Shown here: positions 9,954 through 19,395 of the stretch, in pieces
How the letters are laid out: the number at the start of each line of letters is the position of its first letter
How positions within the stretch are numbered: position 1 is the stretch's first letter
Assembly: GCA_963676915.2 (NCBI GenBank)
Contig: CAXXVK010000043.1
Span: forward strand, 224,001 to 288,000
DNA: 64,000 nucleotides
DNA from: Myxococcota bacterium
GTDB taxonomy: Bacteria > Myxococcota_A > SURF-8 > G963663525
Direction: 5' to 3'
Notes under the pieces: generated by a model
What the model was told of the DNA's origin: nothing
What the model saw: the letters and a program-made list of their open reading frames with translations, nothing else
The model's database searches: none
Program-made: the position numbers and the translations under genes

Positions 9954-12161
9954 ATGTCGAAAATCATTGCTTCTGCTGGTATTCGCGGGGCTTACAAGAT
10001 TGTAGCCCGCGCTGAAGAAGCCTGGAAAAAGGCGATGGACAGCAACAATCCCAACACGGAAGTGGGGCTGCCCAACACCGGTTACTACCTGCCGATCATC
10101 TACGCACTGTTGGGCCACAAGGTCGAAACTCTGGACGATATGGCTTTTGTAATCGATCGCTGCAAAAGCCTGCTTCCGCCGCAGGTTTACGAAACCTATC
10201 ACCTGCCCTATCTCGGACCGGTACTCGATGCCGGTATGGCGACCCTGTTTGCCGAAGAGATATTTGAAAGCCTTCGTTATCTGAATGAGCCGGATTTTTA
10301 TCTCCAGAGTGAAGATCCCACGGCCGACAAGCTGTGGTTGGGTGCTGCGGACGACGTTATCATGCGTAAACGTGGCGTCGAGTTCGTCGATGGTTCCGCC
10401 CCCGGTTTCGCCGCTATTCTCGGTGCGGCCCCGACTGCGCAGATCGCCGCCGATATCGCGCTCGAACTGCAAAAGAAGAACCTCTACACCTTTATGGCAG
10501 GCAGTTATCAGGGAAAAACCTTCTCCGAGCAGCTCGTCGAAGCCGGTGTGGAAGTCGGTTGGAACACTCGTCTCGTTCCCTTCGGACCGGACACTTCCGC
10601 CGCCATCTTCGCCGTCGGTTTCGCGACCCGCGCCGCCATGTCCTTCGGTGGTATCGAACCCGGACGTGCCCGCGACATTCTGATTTACAACAAAGACCGC
10701 GTGTTCGCCTTTGCGCTGACCTTCGGTGAAGTCACCGACGAATGGTACGCCAACGGCGCCGGAATCATCAACTACGGCTTCCCGGTCATCGCCGATACGC
10801 CGATTCCCGAGATTCTGCCCACCGGTGTTTGCACCTACGAGCATGTCGTATCCAACGTGGATTACGAAAGCATCGTTCAGAAAGCCATCGAGGTTCGCGG
10901 CCTGAAGGTCACGATTACCGAGGTTCCGGTTCCCGTCGCTTACGGTCCCGCGTTCGAAGGCGAGCGCGTACGTGGCGAAGACATCTACTACGAAGCGGGC
11001 GGTGGTCGCACCCAGGCGGTCGAACTCGTCGTTTCGAAGGAAATGGACGAAATCGAGGATGGAAAAATCACCCTCGTCGGTCCCGACCTCAAGGATCTCG
11101 GACCCGGAAAGCGCACTCCGCTGGCGATCTTCGTCGAAGTGGCCGGACGCCAGATGCAACCGGACTTCGAGCCGATTCTCGAACGTCAGATTCACCACTT
11201 GATCAACTTCGCCCAAGGTATGATGCATATCGGACAGCGTGACATTGCGTGGGTCCGCATCGCGAAGGGCGCGGTAGAAAAGGGCTTGAGCCTGAGCCAC
11301 ATCGGAAGCATCCTGCACGCCAAGTTGCATCAGGACTTCGGTACGATTCTGGATAAGGTGCAAGTGACGGTCTACACCGAGGAAGAGGAAGCGACCAAGA
11401 TTCTCAAACTGGCTCGCGCCAAATACAAAGAACGTGACGAGCGTGTCGAAGGTATGCGGGACGAAGATACCGAAACCTTCTATTCCTGCACGCTGTGTCA
11501 GTCCTTTGCACCTACCCACGTTTGTGTGGTTACACCCGAACGTGCCGGTCTGTGCGGTGCCTATTCCTGGCTGGATTGCAAAGCTTCCAACGAAATCAAC
11601 CCCACCGGTCCGAACCAGCCGATCGAAAAGGGCGAAACTATCGACGAGCGCCTCGGTCAGTGGTCTGGTGTCAATGATTTCGTTTCCAAGGCTTCACGCG
11701 GAAACGTTGGTAGCTACAACGCATACTCCATCATGGACAACCCGATGACGAGTTGCGGTTGCTTCGAAGCCATCGCGGCGTTCTTGCCGACTTGCAACGG
11801 TATCATGATCGTGGATCGTGATTATCGTGGCATGACCCCCTCGGGCATGAAGTTCACGACGCTGGCCGGTTCCGTCGGTGGTGGCGCGATTACCCCCGGC
11901 TTCGTTGGACACAGTAAGCTGTACATCACCTCCCGCAAATTCGTCAGCGCGGATGGTGGTTTGAAGCGTATCGTCTGGATGCCTAAAGCTCTGAAAGAGG
12001 AAATCTCCGACCGCTTCAACAAGCGTGCCGAGGAAGAAGGTATACCGGATCTGCTCGACAAGATCGCCGATGAGACGGTCGGAACGACCGAAGACGAAAT
12101 CTATGCCTGGCTGGAAGAACAAGGACATCCGGCGCTGAGTATGGATTCGATGATGGGATAA
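9954..12161 (+). CDS. acsB: Acetyl-CoA synthase (ACS)
   Basis: PNTGYYLP, SCTLCQSFAPTHVC, GLCGA and MTSCGCFE A-cluster motifs; 735 aa. Confidence 0.96.
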   Translation: MSKIIASAGIRGAYKIVARAEEAWKKAMDSNNPNTEVGLPNTGYYLPIIYALLGHKVETLDDMAFVIDRCKSLLPPQVYETYHLPYLGPVLDAGMATLFAEEIFESLRYLNEPDFYLQSEDPTADKLWLGAADDVIMRKRGVEFVDGSAPGFAAILGAAPTAQIAADIALELQKKNLYTFMAGSYQGKTFSEQLVEAGVEVGWNTRLVPFGPDTSAAIFAVGFATRAAMSFGGIEPGRARDILIYNKDRVFAFALTFGEVTDEWYANGAGIINYGFPVIADTPIPEILPTGVCTYEHVVSNVDYESIVQKAIEVRGLKVTITEVPVPVAYGPAFEGERVRGEDIYYEAGGGRTQAVELVVSKEMDEIEDGKITLVGPDLKDLGPGKRTPLAIFVEVAGRQMQPDFEPILERQIHHLINFAQGMMHIGQRDIAWVRIAKGAVEKGLSLSHIGSILHAKLHQDFGTILDKVQVTVYTEEEEATKILKLARAKYKERDERVEGMRDEDTETFYSCTLCQSFAPTHVCVVTPERAGLCGAYSWLDCKASNEINPTGPNQPIEKGETIDERLGQWSGVNDFVSKASRGNVGSYNAYSIMDNPMTSCGCFEAIAAFLPTCNGIMIVDRDYRGMTPSGMKFTTLAGSVGGGAITPGFVGHSKLYITSRKFVSADGGLKRIVWMPKALKEEISDRFNKRAEEEGIPDLLDKIADETVGTTEDEIYAWLEEQGHPALSMDSMMG

Positions 12162-12164
12162 GTC

Positions 12165-12199
12165 CGGATTTACCCGGCCCGATAAGGGCCGGGATTCGG
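12165..12199 (+). other. Intra-operon stem-loop between acsB and acsC
   Basis: CCCGGCCC-GATAA-GGGCCGGG core stem with flanking pairing and no U-tract. Confidence 0.45.
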
Positions 12200-12243
12200 A
12201 ACCTCGTTCATTGAACAGCTCTAAGGAGTGAAGGAGCCAACAC

Positions 12244-13587
12244 ATGGGCTTAAGTGGTATCCAAATTTTTAAAATGCTCCCCAAGACGAATTGTGGAGAT
12301 TGCGGTGTGCCGACCTGTCTTGCCTTCGCCATGAATCTGGCCTCCGGCAAGGCGGAACTCGATTCCTGTCCTCACGTTTCCGACGAAGCGCGAGAAAAAC
12401 TGGAGTCGTCGTCTGCTCCACCGATCCGCACGGTAAAGATGGGGGAAGGTAACAACGAACTTTCCGTTGGTGGCGAGACGGTTTCTTATCGTCACGAAAA
12501 AACCTTTTTCAATCCTCCCGGACTCGCCGTTCTGGTAGCGGATGATGAAGCCGAGGATTCGGTCAAAGGCAAACTCGAACGGCTGATGAAGCTGCAATTC
12601 GAGCGTGTCGGAGTGAATCTGCGCGCCGAATGCGTAGCGCTCAAATCCAATACGGGCGATGCTGGCAAATTCAAAGCGCTGGCGGAAGTGGTCAAAGAAA
12701 ACTCCGACGCCGTGCCGATCCTGATGGGCGAAGCGGATGTGATCGCAGACGCTCTGGAAGTGCTCAAAGAGCGCCGCCCGATTCTGTACGCCGCACACCG
12801 TGCGAACGCCCAGGCCATGGCGGAGTTGGCGCAGAAATACGATGCGCCGCTGGCCGTGGTAGGGGAAAACCTTGACGAAGTGGCCGATCTGACTCAGAAA
12901 TTGACCGATGCAGGTCTGAAAGATCTGTTGATCGACGGCGGTTGCCGCAGCATCAAGCAAGCGCTTTTCGATCAAGTCGCCATGCGTCGTCTGGCCACCC
13001 AGCAGACCTTCCGTCCGATGGGCTTCCCTTCCATTGTGTTCCCCTGCGAGATGACCGATGATTTCCTGATGGAAAACGTCTATGCCTCGCTGTTCATCGC
13101 CAAGTATGCCGGAATCATCGTCATGAGCGATCTTCGGGGCGAGAACCTCTATCCGCTGACCGTCGAACGCCTCAATATCTACACCGACCCGCAACGGCCG
13201 ATGAAGACCACCGAGGGCATTTACGAGTTGAACAACCCGACGGAAGAATCTCCGGTGCTGATTACCTCGAACTTCTCGTTGACCTACTTTGTGGTGTCCG
13301 GCGAAATCGAGGCCAGCCGCGTTCCCACCTGGCTGCTCGTGCTCGATACCGATGGATTGTCGGTACTAACTGCTTGGGCTGCCGGAAAATTCGTCGGCGA
13401 TACGGTAGGTGCGCTCGTCAAGAAGTGTGGCATCGAGGACAAAGTCAAAACCAAAAAGCTGGTACTGCCTGGATACGTTGCCGTGTTGACCGGTGACGTC
13501 GAAGAAGAACTTCCCAATTGGGAAGTGATCGTCGGTCCGCGGGAAAGTGCTCACATTCCCGCTTTCCTGAAGCAGAATTACGCTTAA
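12244..13587 (+). CDS. acsC: Corrinoid Fe-S protein large (gamma) subunit
   Basis: LPKTNCGDCGVPTCLAFA...CP [4Fe-4S] motif, NIYTDPQRP, SNFSLTYF, GLSVLTAWAAGKF. Confidence 0.96.
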   Translation: MGLSGIQIFKMLPKTNCGDCGVPTCLAFAMNLASGKAELDSCPHVSDEAREKLESSSAPPIRTVKMGEGNNELSVGGETVSYRHEKTFFNPPGLAVLVADDEAEDSVKGKLERLMKLQFERVGVNLRAECVALKSNTGDAGKFKALAEVVKENSDAVPILMGEADVIADALEVLKERRPILYAAHRANAQAMAELAQKYDAPLAVVGENLDEVADLTQKLTDAGLKDLLIDGGCRSIKQALFDQVAMRRLATQQTFRPMGFPSIVFPCEMTDDFLMENVYASLFIAKYAGIIVMSDLRGENLYPLTVERLNIYTDPQRPMKTTEGIYELNNPTEESPVLITSNFSLTYFVVSGEIEASRVPTWLLVLDTDGLSVLTAWAAGKFVGDTVGALVKKCGIEDKVKTKKLVLPGYVAVLTGDVEEELPNWEVIVGPRESAHIPAFLKQNYA

Positions 13588-13613
13588 TGGTAAAAAGTTT
13601 GGTTTGCGAATCA

Positions 13614-13654
13614 CCCGACTTCTCCTATACTGCTAGGGGGAGTCGGGCTCTTTT
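13614..13654 (+). terminator. Terminator-like hairpin after acsC
   Basis: CCCGACTTCTCCTA...TAGGGGGAGTCGGG followed by CTCTTTT. Confidence 0.5.
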
Positions 13655-13686
13655 GTTCTAACCTCATAGATGGAAGGGAAGGGAAA

Positions 13687-14577
13687 ATGCTTTTTGTTGC
13701 CGAGAACATCAACGTGATGTCGAAATCCTTGGGACCGGCCATGCGCAACCGCGAAGCCGGACCGATCGAGAACATGGCGAAAATCCTTGCCGCAAACGGC
13801 GCGGATTATCTCGATGTCAACGTCGGTCCTGCCCGTAAAAACGGTGCGGAAATGGTCGAGTGGGTCGTCAAAACGGTTCAGGGTGCGGTAGACAAACCTC
13901 TGTGGGTCGATACCACCAATATCGAAGCCATGGAAGCCGGACTGAAAGCCCACAACAACAGTTGGGGACAACCGGTGATCAACTCCATCGACGCCACCGA
14001 GGCTCGTATGGAAAAAATGATCCCGATGGTCGCCAAGTACAACACCAAAATGGTCGCATTGCTGTACGGAGTGGACGGTATCCCCCGCGACGAAAACGAG
14101 CGTGGTCTGATGGCCGCCGACCTGCTGATGAAGACCATGGAAGCCGGGATTCCTGCCGAGGACATTTTCTACGATCCGATCGTTGTTCCCGTTTCTTCGC
14201 AGCAGAACCAGGTTGTGGCCTGCACGGCGTTCATGGAAATGCTCGGTGACATCGCCCCCGGTGCCGGAAGCACCTGCGGCCTGTCGAATATTTCCAACGG
14301 TTCTCCCGAAGAACTGCGCCACGTTCTCAATCATGCCTATGTGATCATGCTCAAGCATCGTGGCATGAGCTCGGCTATCCTCGACGGCCTCGACAAGACC
14401 ATTATGGATATCGCCAAAGATCGTCGCGCCGACTTGGAAGAAGCCGTGACGAAGGCCGAATCCGGCGAATGGAATGCCAGCACGACGGGCCTGTCCGAAG
14501 AACAGATGAACATGGTCAAGTCGGTGAAAGTTCTCACCAACAACGCCCTGTACTCCGATTCCTGGCTCGAACTGTAA
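13687..14577 (+). CDS. acsE: Methyl-THF:corrinoid Fe-S protein methyltransferase (pterin-binding barrel)
   Basis: AENINV, GADYLDVN, PLWVDTTN, INSI, FYDP and CGLSNISNG motifs; operon context. Confidence 0.88.
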   Translation: MLFVAENINVMSKSLGPAMRNREAGPIENMAKILAANGADYLDVNVGPARKNGAEMVEWVVKTVQGAVDKPLWVDTTNIEAMEAGLKAHNNSWGQPVINSIDATEARMEKMIPMVAKYNTKMVALLYGVDGIPRDENERGLMAADLLMKTMEAGIPAEDIFYDPIVVPVSSQQNQVVACTAFMEMLGDIAPGAGSTCGLSNISNGSPEELRHVLNHAYVIMLKHRGMSSAILDGLDKTIMDIAKDRRADLEEAVTKAESGEWNASTTGLSEEQMNMVKSVKVLTNNALYSDSWLEL

Positions 14578-14600
14578 ACGACAATATAAGAAGGAATGCG

Positions 14601-15275
14601 ATGACCTCGGAGGATAAACGCCCCGAACTCGTCAAGCAGACCAACCTCGAAACAGCCTTGCAGTTGGCGCTGGATATCCTGCGCCAACGCAGGGCTGTTG
14701 ATTTTTCCGAGCGTTGCGGGGTGGATGTATACGAAATCGACGGAAAAACCGTCGTAGACCTGCCATATTTCAACGAGCATTGCCGGTTCACACTGCCGGA
14801 TTGGGATGCTGAAATCGACAACGGGCGACCGCTCTATCTGTACGAAAAAATCTTTTTGCTGCACTATCTTGCATCGGAAGGCTACGAAACGGACAAAGAA
14901 GGGTTGATCGCCTTCAGCGAAATTCCCGACGGTCGGTTTTACGAAGACGCTTTTCGTCGTCGAGCCAAAGTGCCTTTGGTGGGAATATTCGGCGAAATTC
15001 CGGATCGTTTGCTGGAAGCGGCAACGAAATATCTCGATGCCGAGCCGACCCAGGATGCGGATGTGGCTTTTCGGGTACGTGTTTTTCCGAAAGTTCCCGT
15101 AACGGTGCAACTGTGGAGAGGTGACGATGAATTCCCGCCGGAAGGGAATTTTTTATTCAAACCTGATATCAATCACTTCCTTTCGGCGGAAGACGTTGCC
15201 ATTTTAACGGGTATGGTATTGGGTAAACTGAAATTCGCGCTCAAGCAGTTGGATGAGGAAGGAGAACTGACGTGA
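14601..15275 (+). CDS. DUF3786-like protein
   Basis: IFLLHYL, FSEIPDG..Y..AF, FPKVPV..LWRGDDEFPP..FLF and LSAEDVA pattern; family commonly sits near acs genes. Confidence 0.75.
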   Translation: MTSEDKRPELVKQTNLETALQLALDILRQRRAVDFSERCGVDVYEIDGKTVVDLPYFNEHCRFTLPDWDAEIDNGRPLYLYEKIFLLHYLASEGYETDKEGLIAFSEIPDGRFYEDAFRRRAKVPLVGIFGEIPDRLLEAATKYLDAEPTQDADVAFRVRVFPKVPVTVQLWRGDDEFPPEGNFLFKPDINHFLSAEDVAILTGMVLGKLKFALKQLDEEGELT

Positions 15276-16048
15276 GTCTCAAACTGGCGATTGGTGGCAA
15301 AGGCGGAGTAGGGAAAACGACGGTTTCGGCCCTGTTGTCGAGAATTCTGGCAAGCAGGGGGCAGCGGGTGATCGCCATCGATGCCGATCCCGTGACGAAT
15401 CTTGCGGCAGGTCTGGGGATCCCCGAAGACGAGCCGATTACACCGATTGCCGAGTTGTCCGAACTCATCGAAGAACGCACCGGAGCGAAACCCGGCACGA
15501 TGGGCGGCTTTTTTACGCTCAATCCTAAAGTGGACGATATTCCCGACCGCTTCAGCCGGGAACGCGATGGCGTCAAGCTGCTGGTGATGGGAACGATCCA
15601 AACCGGTGGGATGGGATGTATTTGTCCCGAAAGCACGATTCTAAAAGCCCTGATGCAGCATCTTGTCCTGTATCGGGACGACATCGTGATCATGGATATG
15701 GAAGCAGGTGTCGAGCACCTTGGGCGGGCGACATCTCGTTCGGTGGATGCCCTGCTGATCGTCGTCAACCCCGGCGCACGCAGTCGGATGGCAGCTCACC
15801 GCATTCGTAAACTGGCCACCGATATCGGTATTCAGCACGTTATGGTGTTGGGAAATCGGTTTCGTGGTCCCGAGGACGAAGCCTTGTTGAGAGAATCTCT
15901 GCCGGACTTCGAAGTCATCGGCACGATTCCCGAGATGGAAGATGTGATTCAGGCCGACAGAGATGCGAAACGCCCGTTCGAAAACATCGAAGAGGCTCCG
16001 AAACCTCTGTTCGACCTGGCGGAAAGGGTGCTTACTCTGTCCCGCTGA
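15272..16048 (+). CDS. cooC: CooC/AcsF Ni-insertion ATPase
   Basis: GKGGVGKTT, IDADP, GCICPE and DMEAGVEHLGR. Confidence 0.92.
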   Translation: MSLKLAIGGKGGVGKTTVSALLSRILASRGQRVIAIDADPVTNLAAGLGIPEDEPITPIAELSELIEERTGAKPGTMGGFFTLNPKVDDIPDRFSRERDGVKLLVMGTIQTGGMGCICPESTILKALMQHLVLYRDDIVIMDMEAGVEHLGRATSRSVDALLIVVNPGARSRMAAHRIRKLATDIGIQHVMVLGNRFRGPEDEALLRESLPDFEVIGTIPEMEDVIQADRDAKRPFENIEEAPKPLFDLAERVLTLSR

Positions 16049-16226
16049 ACACGATGCGGTTCGACATATAGTTGATCTCGGTGATGGTCCCGGATACTTC
16101 CAGACTGTCACCGAGAATTCCGCGCAGCATGAATTTTCCGCCTTCCAACGGCAGAACCTTCGCGACGCTTTCCATGACCAACTCTTCTTTTTCGCCCTTT
16201 TTCACGTAAGCAGCCGATTCACACAT
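16032..16226 (-). CDS. cooT: CooT-family nickel-binding protein
   Basis: 64 aa with N-terminal MCESAAY and ILGD..EV.G.I.EIN..SNRI pattern; next to cooC. Confidence 0.78.
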   Translation of the reverse strand: MCESAAYVKKGEKEELVMESVAKVLPLEGGKFMLRGILGDSLEVSGTITEINYMSNRIVFSGTE

Positions 16227-16557
16227 CTTTCCTTCTCCATCCTGTATTGTAGCCGGATTCGTTTTCTACGCCGGAATCCGTCAAAAGTGAATGTCTCGCA
16301 CCAATCAAGCGATCATTACAAGTTATTGTAGGATTCGATGATGGGTGGGTCAAGACGTAGCCGTGGGGTTCCACGAAAATTTCCGGTACATTTGGATGAA
16401 TTTTTCACAAAAGATGACCTTATTGTGCGAGTTGTTTGTTTGATAATGCCTGATCTTATCGATCCTCCGAAGCTTCTTGAATCTCGCACGAAAATCAGTA
16501 CAATGAATCTGTGACGAAAATCATCGAAGGCACGTATTTCTACGAAAGAAGGCCGGT

Positions 16558-18231
16558 ATGTTCAGAAAATTTTTGGTGGGGTTGTGGGTCGTTTTGTGCG
16601 TTACTGCGCTCGAAGCGAAAGCCGAAGAAATCTGGGTGATCGGCGCCGGTTCCGAAAGCACGATATGGAAGGCCCTCGGGGGAGATGCTACGCTTTCGGG
16701 AGGTTGGAAGCTGGATAGTGTGTCCATCGAGCGCAGCCAGGTGAAAGCCTGCTACAAACAAAAATCTTCGAAACCGTTTTGCTTGACCGTGGTACATCCC
16801 GATCAAGCGGAGAAAAACGCCCATAAAGCCGGAGCCGCCTCGGTTGTGTGTGATAAAAAAGACGTCGATGCTTCCAAGAAAAAACTGCTTGATGTCGTGG
16901 CGACCCGCTTGAAACGAAGTGGGTGGGCCAACGTATGGACTCGTTCGAAAAAAGAGGGTAGCTCGATGGGAAAAGAAGATTCCCCTCGCGTGGCGCACCT
17001 CCTTGAAATTACGGACTATTTGATGTCTCAAGAGAGATTCGATCTCAGCCGGATTGCTTGGAACATGGCGGCGGAAATCGATCCTGATAATCCTGAACTG
17101 CAAATACGGAAAATCCGACAGGATATTCTGGAATCCAAACTCAAAAGTGTAAGGAAATGGATCGAAGAAAACGAAAAACGTTTTCCCGACTTGAAAGCGA
17201 AATTTTCCGTGGAAAAAGCGAAAATCTTCGCGCTCGAGGAAAATTTCCCGGAAGCTTTCAAAGTCCTTGAATCGATTGCTGAAAAGGGAAAAATCTCCAT
17301 CGATGCCTGCAACGGTGTGGTGGATATTTCAAAGCTTGTCGGAAAGAAAATCAGTCCCAAAATGCAACTTGAGTTTTTGTTGAAATCGCTCAATTCCTTC
17401 GATTTTTGCGATGATGTCTGGAAGCTGTTCTCCGATAAAATGCTGGAAGCGGGTCGGGCGTTGCAATTTCTGGAACGATTGGAGCAAAAGATTGCACAAC
17501 AACCTGAAAAACCGGAATGGCTGCGACTGAAAGCCATGGCATTGTGGCGTTTGAAGAGGTTCCGCGAAACACTCGCTGTCTGGGAAAAACTGTACGATCT
17601 TTCTCCCGATCCGACGCTGGTCGATCGGCATACCTCGTTGATTACCCGGTTGGCGGATGAAAAAGACCTGTACGATCAAATGGTTCGGCGTCTGAATGAA
17701 AAGCCGGGCGATATGCTGGCTCGTCATGCGATAGCCATTCTGAATTACTATCATCGAAATTACGAGACATGTCGGACGATGGTGGACGAACTTATTAAAG
17801 TGCTGCCGGAAGATCCTCGCCTGTATATCTACGGGGCGATGAGTCGGTATGAGCTTGGCGATTGGGATGGTGCTCGCCAGTGGTTGTTCGAGCTGGACAA
17901 CAAAGGTTTCGGCGATGGCGATTTGTATTATTGCAAAGCCGTGATCTGGCATCGCAAAGATCCGGCTAAGGCGTTGGAAAACCTCGACATTTTTATCGGT
18001 CGTCCGGTAGGTCCGGAAGATCACTTGCCCAAGCACGCCCACGCCGTAGAGATTCGCGAACAGCTTGCACGGGGTGAAACCATTTGGGAATGGCTGCCGG
18101 ACAACGAGTATCCCATCGATCCGTTCATTATTCCTTACCTGATCGATTACGGCATTCCGGTTGCTATAGCGGTGCTGTTGTTGTTTGTATTGTCGATAGT
18201 CCTTTTCGCGAAAAAGCGGAAAAAGTCGTAA
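16558..18231 (+). CDS. TPR-like exported protein with C-terminal membrane anchor
   Basis: Signal peptide, TPR-like helical repeats, C-terminal hydrophobic helix followed by KKRKKS. Confidence 0.7.
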   Translation: MFRKFLVGLWVVLCVTALEAKAEEIWVIGAGSESTIWKALGGDATLSGGWKLDSVSIERSQVKACYKQKSSKPFCLTVVHPDQAEKNAHKAGAASVVCDKKDVDASKKKLLDVVATRLKRSGWANVWTRSKKEGSSMGKEDSPRVAHLLEITDYLMSQERFDLSRIAWNMAAEIDPDNPELQIRKIRQDILESKLKSVRKWIEENEKRFPDLKAKFSVEKAKIFALEENFPEAFKVLESIAEKGKISIDACNGVVDISKLVGKKISPKMQLEFLLKSLNSFDFCDDVWKLFSDKMLEAGRALQFLERLEQKIAQQPEKPEWLRLKAMALWRLKRFRETLAVWEKLYDLSPDPTLVDRHTSLITRLADEKDLYDQMVRRLNEKPGDMLARHAIAILNYYHRNYETCRTMVDELIKVLPEDPRLYIYGAMSRYELGDWDGARQWLFELDNKGFGDGDLYYCKAVIWHRKDPAKALENLDIFIGRPVGPEDHLPKHAHAVEIREQLARGETIWEWLPDNEYPIDPFIIPYLIDYGIPVAIAVLLLFVLSIVLFAKKRKKS

Positions 18232-18234
18232 TGG

Positions 18235-18434
18235 GGTGCATCACAAAATAGTGCGACTTTCGTAAAATCCTCTTTTTTCGTAGCGGCGAGGCGTAAGCCC
18301 GCCGTTTTTGCCTTTTGAAAGTTGCTTTTATACCCCCAATTTCCCTTTTCGGCGGGCTTACGCCTCGCCGCTACAACCAAACGAATGAATGCTTCAATAG
18401 TATTGGGCCTATTCGCACCATTTTGTGATGCACC
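18235..18434. mobile_element. 200-bp MITE/REPIN-like element, copy 1
   Basis: 22-bp terminal inverted repeats starting GGTGCATCACAAAA; internal perfect 25-bp inverted repeat 18280-18304/18350-18374; near-identical copy at 21326. Confidence 0.8.
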
Positions 18435-18463
18435 TGGTCGTAATGATTCGGGTTAGCAAATTC

Positions 18464-18492
18464 TTGACAAGGGTGCCGTTGCGGGGCATAGT
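18464..18492 (+). promoter_or_regulatory. Sigma70-type promoter of tRNA-Gly(CCC)
   Basis: TTGACA-N17-CATAGT, ending 15 bp before the tRNA. Confidence 0.6.
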
Positions 18493-18507
18493 TTCCGGGT
18501 CTTGCAT

Positions 18508-18583
18508 GCGGGCGTAACTCAGTTGGTAGAGTGGCAGCTTCCCAAGCTGCAAGTCGCGGGTTCGAGTCCCGTTGCCCGCTCCA
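18508..18583 (+). tRNA. tRNA-Gly(CCC)
   Basis: GCGGGCG/TGCCCGC acceptor stem, anticodon loop TTCCCAA, GGTTCGAGTCCC, CCA end; 76 nt. Confidence 0.96.
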
Positions 18584-18620
18584 AATAAAAAACCACCGCA
18601 CGTGCGGTGGTTTTTTATTT
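18584..18620. terminator. Bidirectional intrinsic terminator (tRNA-Gly / lemA)
   Basis: Palindrome AATAAAAAACCACCGCACGTGCGGTGGTTTTTTATT between convergent genes. Confidence 0.85.
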
Positions 18621-18635
18621 GGAGTATCTCATTCG

Positions 18636-19193
18636 TCAGAATTTGACCTTCGGTGCTTGCTTGGCGGCTTCTTCTACCTCGAAGTACTCCGCTTTCTCCA
18701 CGCCTGCCATATCGGCCCACCATTTGCCTGGAATTCCCCGGACGTAGGTGTTCAGTTGCTTGACGGCTTCGTTGTACCTCTTGCGTTCTACGGCGATACG
18801 GTTTTCGGTGCCTTCGATCTGATCTTGAAGCTTCAAAAAGCCTTGGTTGGCCTTGAGTTGGGGATAGGTTTCCTTGAGCATCAATAGCCGTGACAGCGCC
18901 CGTTCCATTCCTTGTGCCGCCTGAACTTTTTCGTCGCGTCCTTTGGCCTGAAAATACGATTCCCTGGCGTGCGCGATTTCACTGAAAATCTCTTTTTCGT
19001 GGGTGGCATAACCTTTGACGGTCTCGACGAGATTCGGGATCAGATCGTAGCGACGTTTCAATTGGTTTTCCACCTGGGCCCATTGACTTTCCACCTGTTC
19101 TTCGTAGGAGATCGCGGTGTTGTACCCGCAACCCTGGGCTGCAATGGTTACGAAAAATAGGAAGAAAACGACGAAAATCGTGGAAGTTTTCAA
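18636..19193 (-). CDS. lemA: LemA family protein
   Basis: WAQVENQLKRRYDLIPNLVETVKGYA, YPQLKANQGF, EGTENRIAVERKRYN. Confidence 0.93.
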   Translation of the reverse strand: MKTSTIFVVFFLFFVTIAAQGCGYNTAISYEEQVESQWAQVENQLKRRYDLIPNLVETVKGYATHEKEIFSEIAHARESYFQAKGRDEKVQAAQGMERALSRLLMLKETYPQLKANQGFLKLQDQIEGTENRIAVERKRYNEAVKQLNTYVRGIPGKWWADMAGVEKAEYFEVEEAAKQAPKVKF

Positions 19194-19395
19194 GGGTTTT
19201 CCTTTCCTTTTACTATCATATTGCTGGTTTCGTACTTTCGATACGTCAACCTAACAAAGCCTATTGAAACAGGCAAGCTCAAGACAAAACATGCTCCATC
19301 CTATTTTAGGGTTCCCGAGAGGGTTTTCAAGAACCGATCTATGAATTTGAAGGTTGCGCTTTTTGTTACAATGGCGCAGTTTTTAGCAAAAACAT

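Noticed and set aside
6126-14358. Long antisense ORFs opposite the acs genes (also opposite 26.7-28.6 kb and 40.9-42.8 kb)
   Set aside because: Expected shadow ORFs of strongly codon-biased genes; no motifs or RBS.
16392-16526. Rex-like (TGAA..TTCACAA) and CRP/CooA-like (TGTGA-N6-TCATC) sites between cooT and the TPR gene
   Set aside because: Half-site matches only, with wrong spacing or mismatches.
18350-18374. REP of the 200-bp element as a target of the IS110 bridge RNA
   Set aside because: Shares only CT-AC; its left side CTCGCCG does not match the guide CCCGAC.
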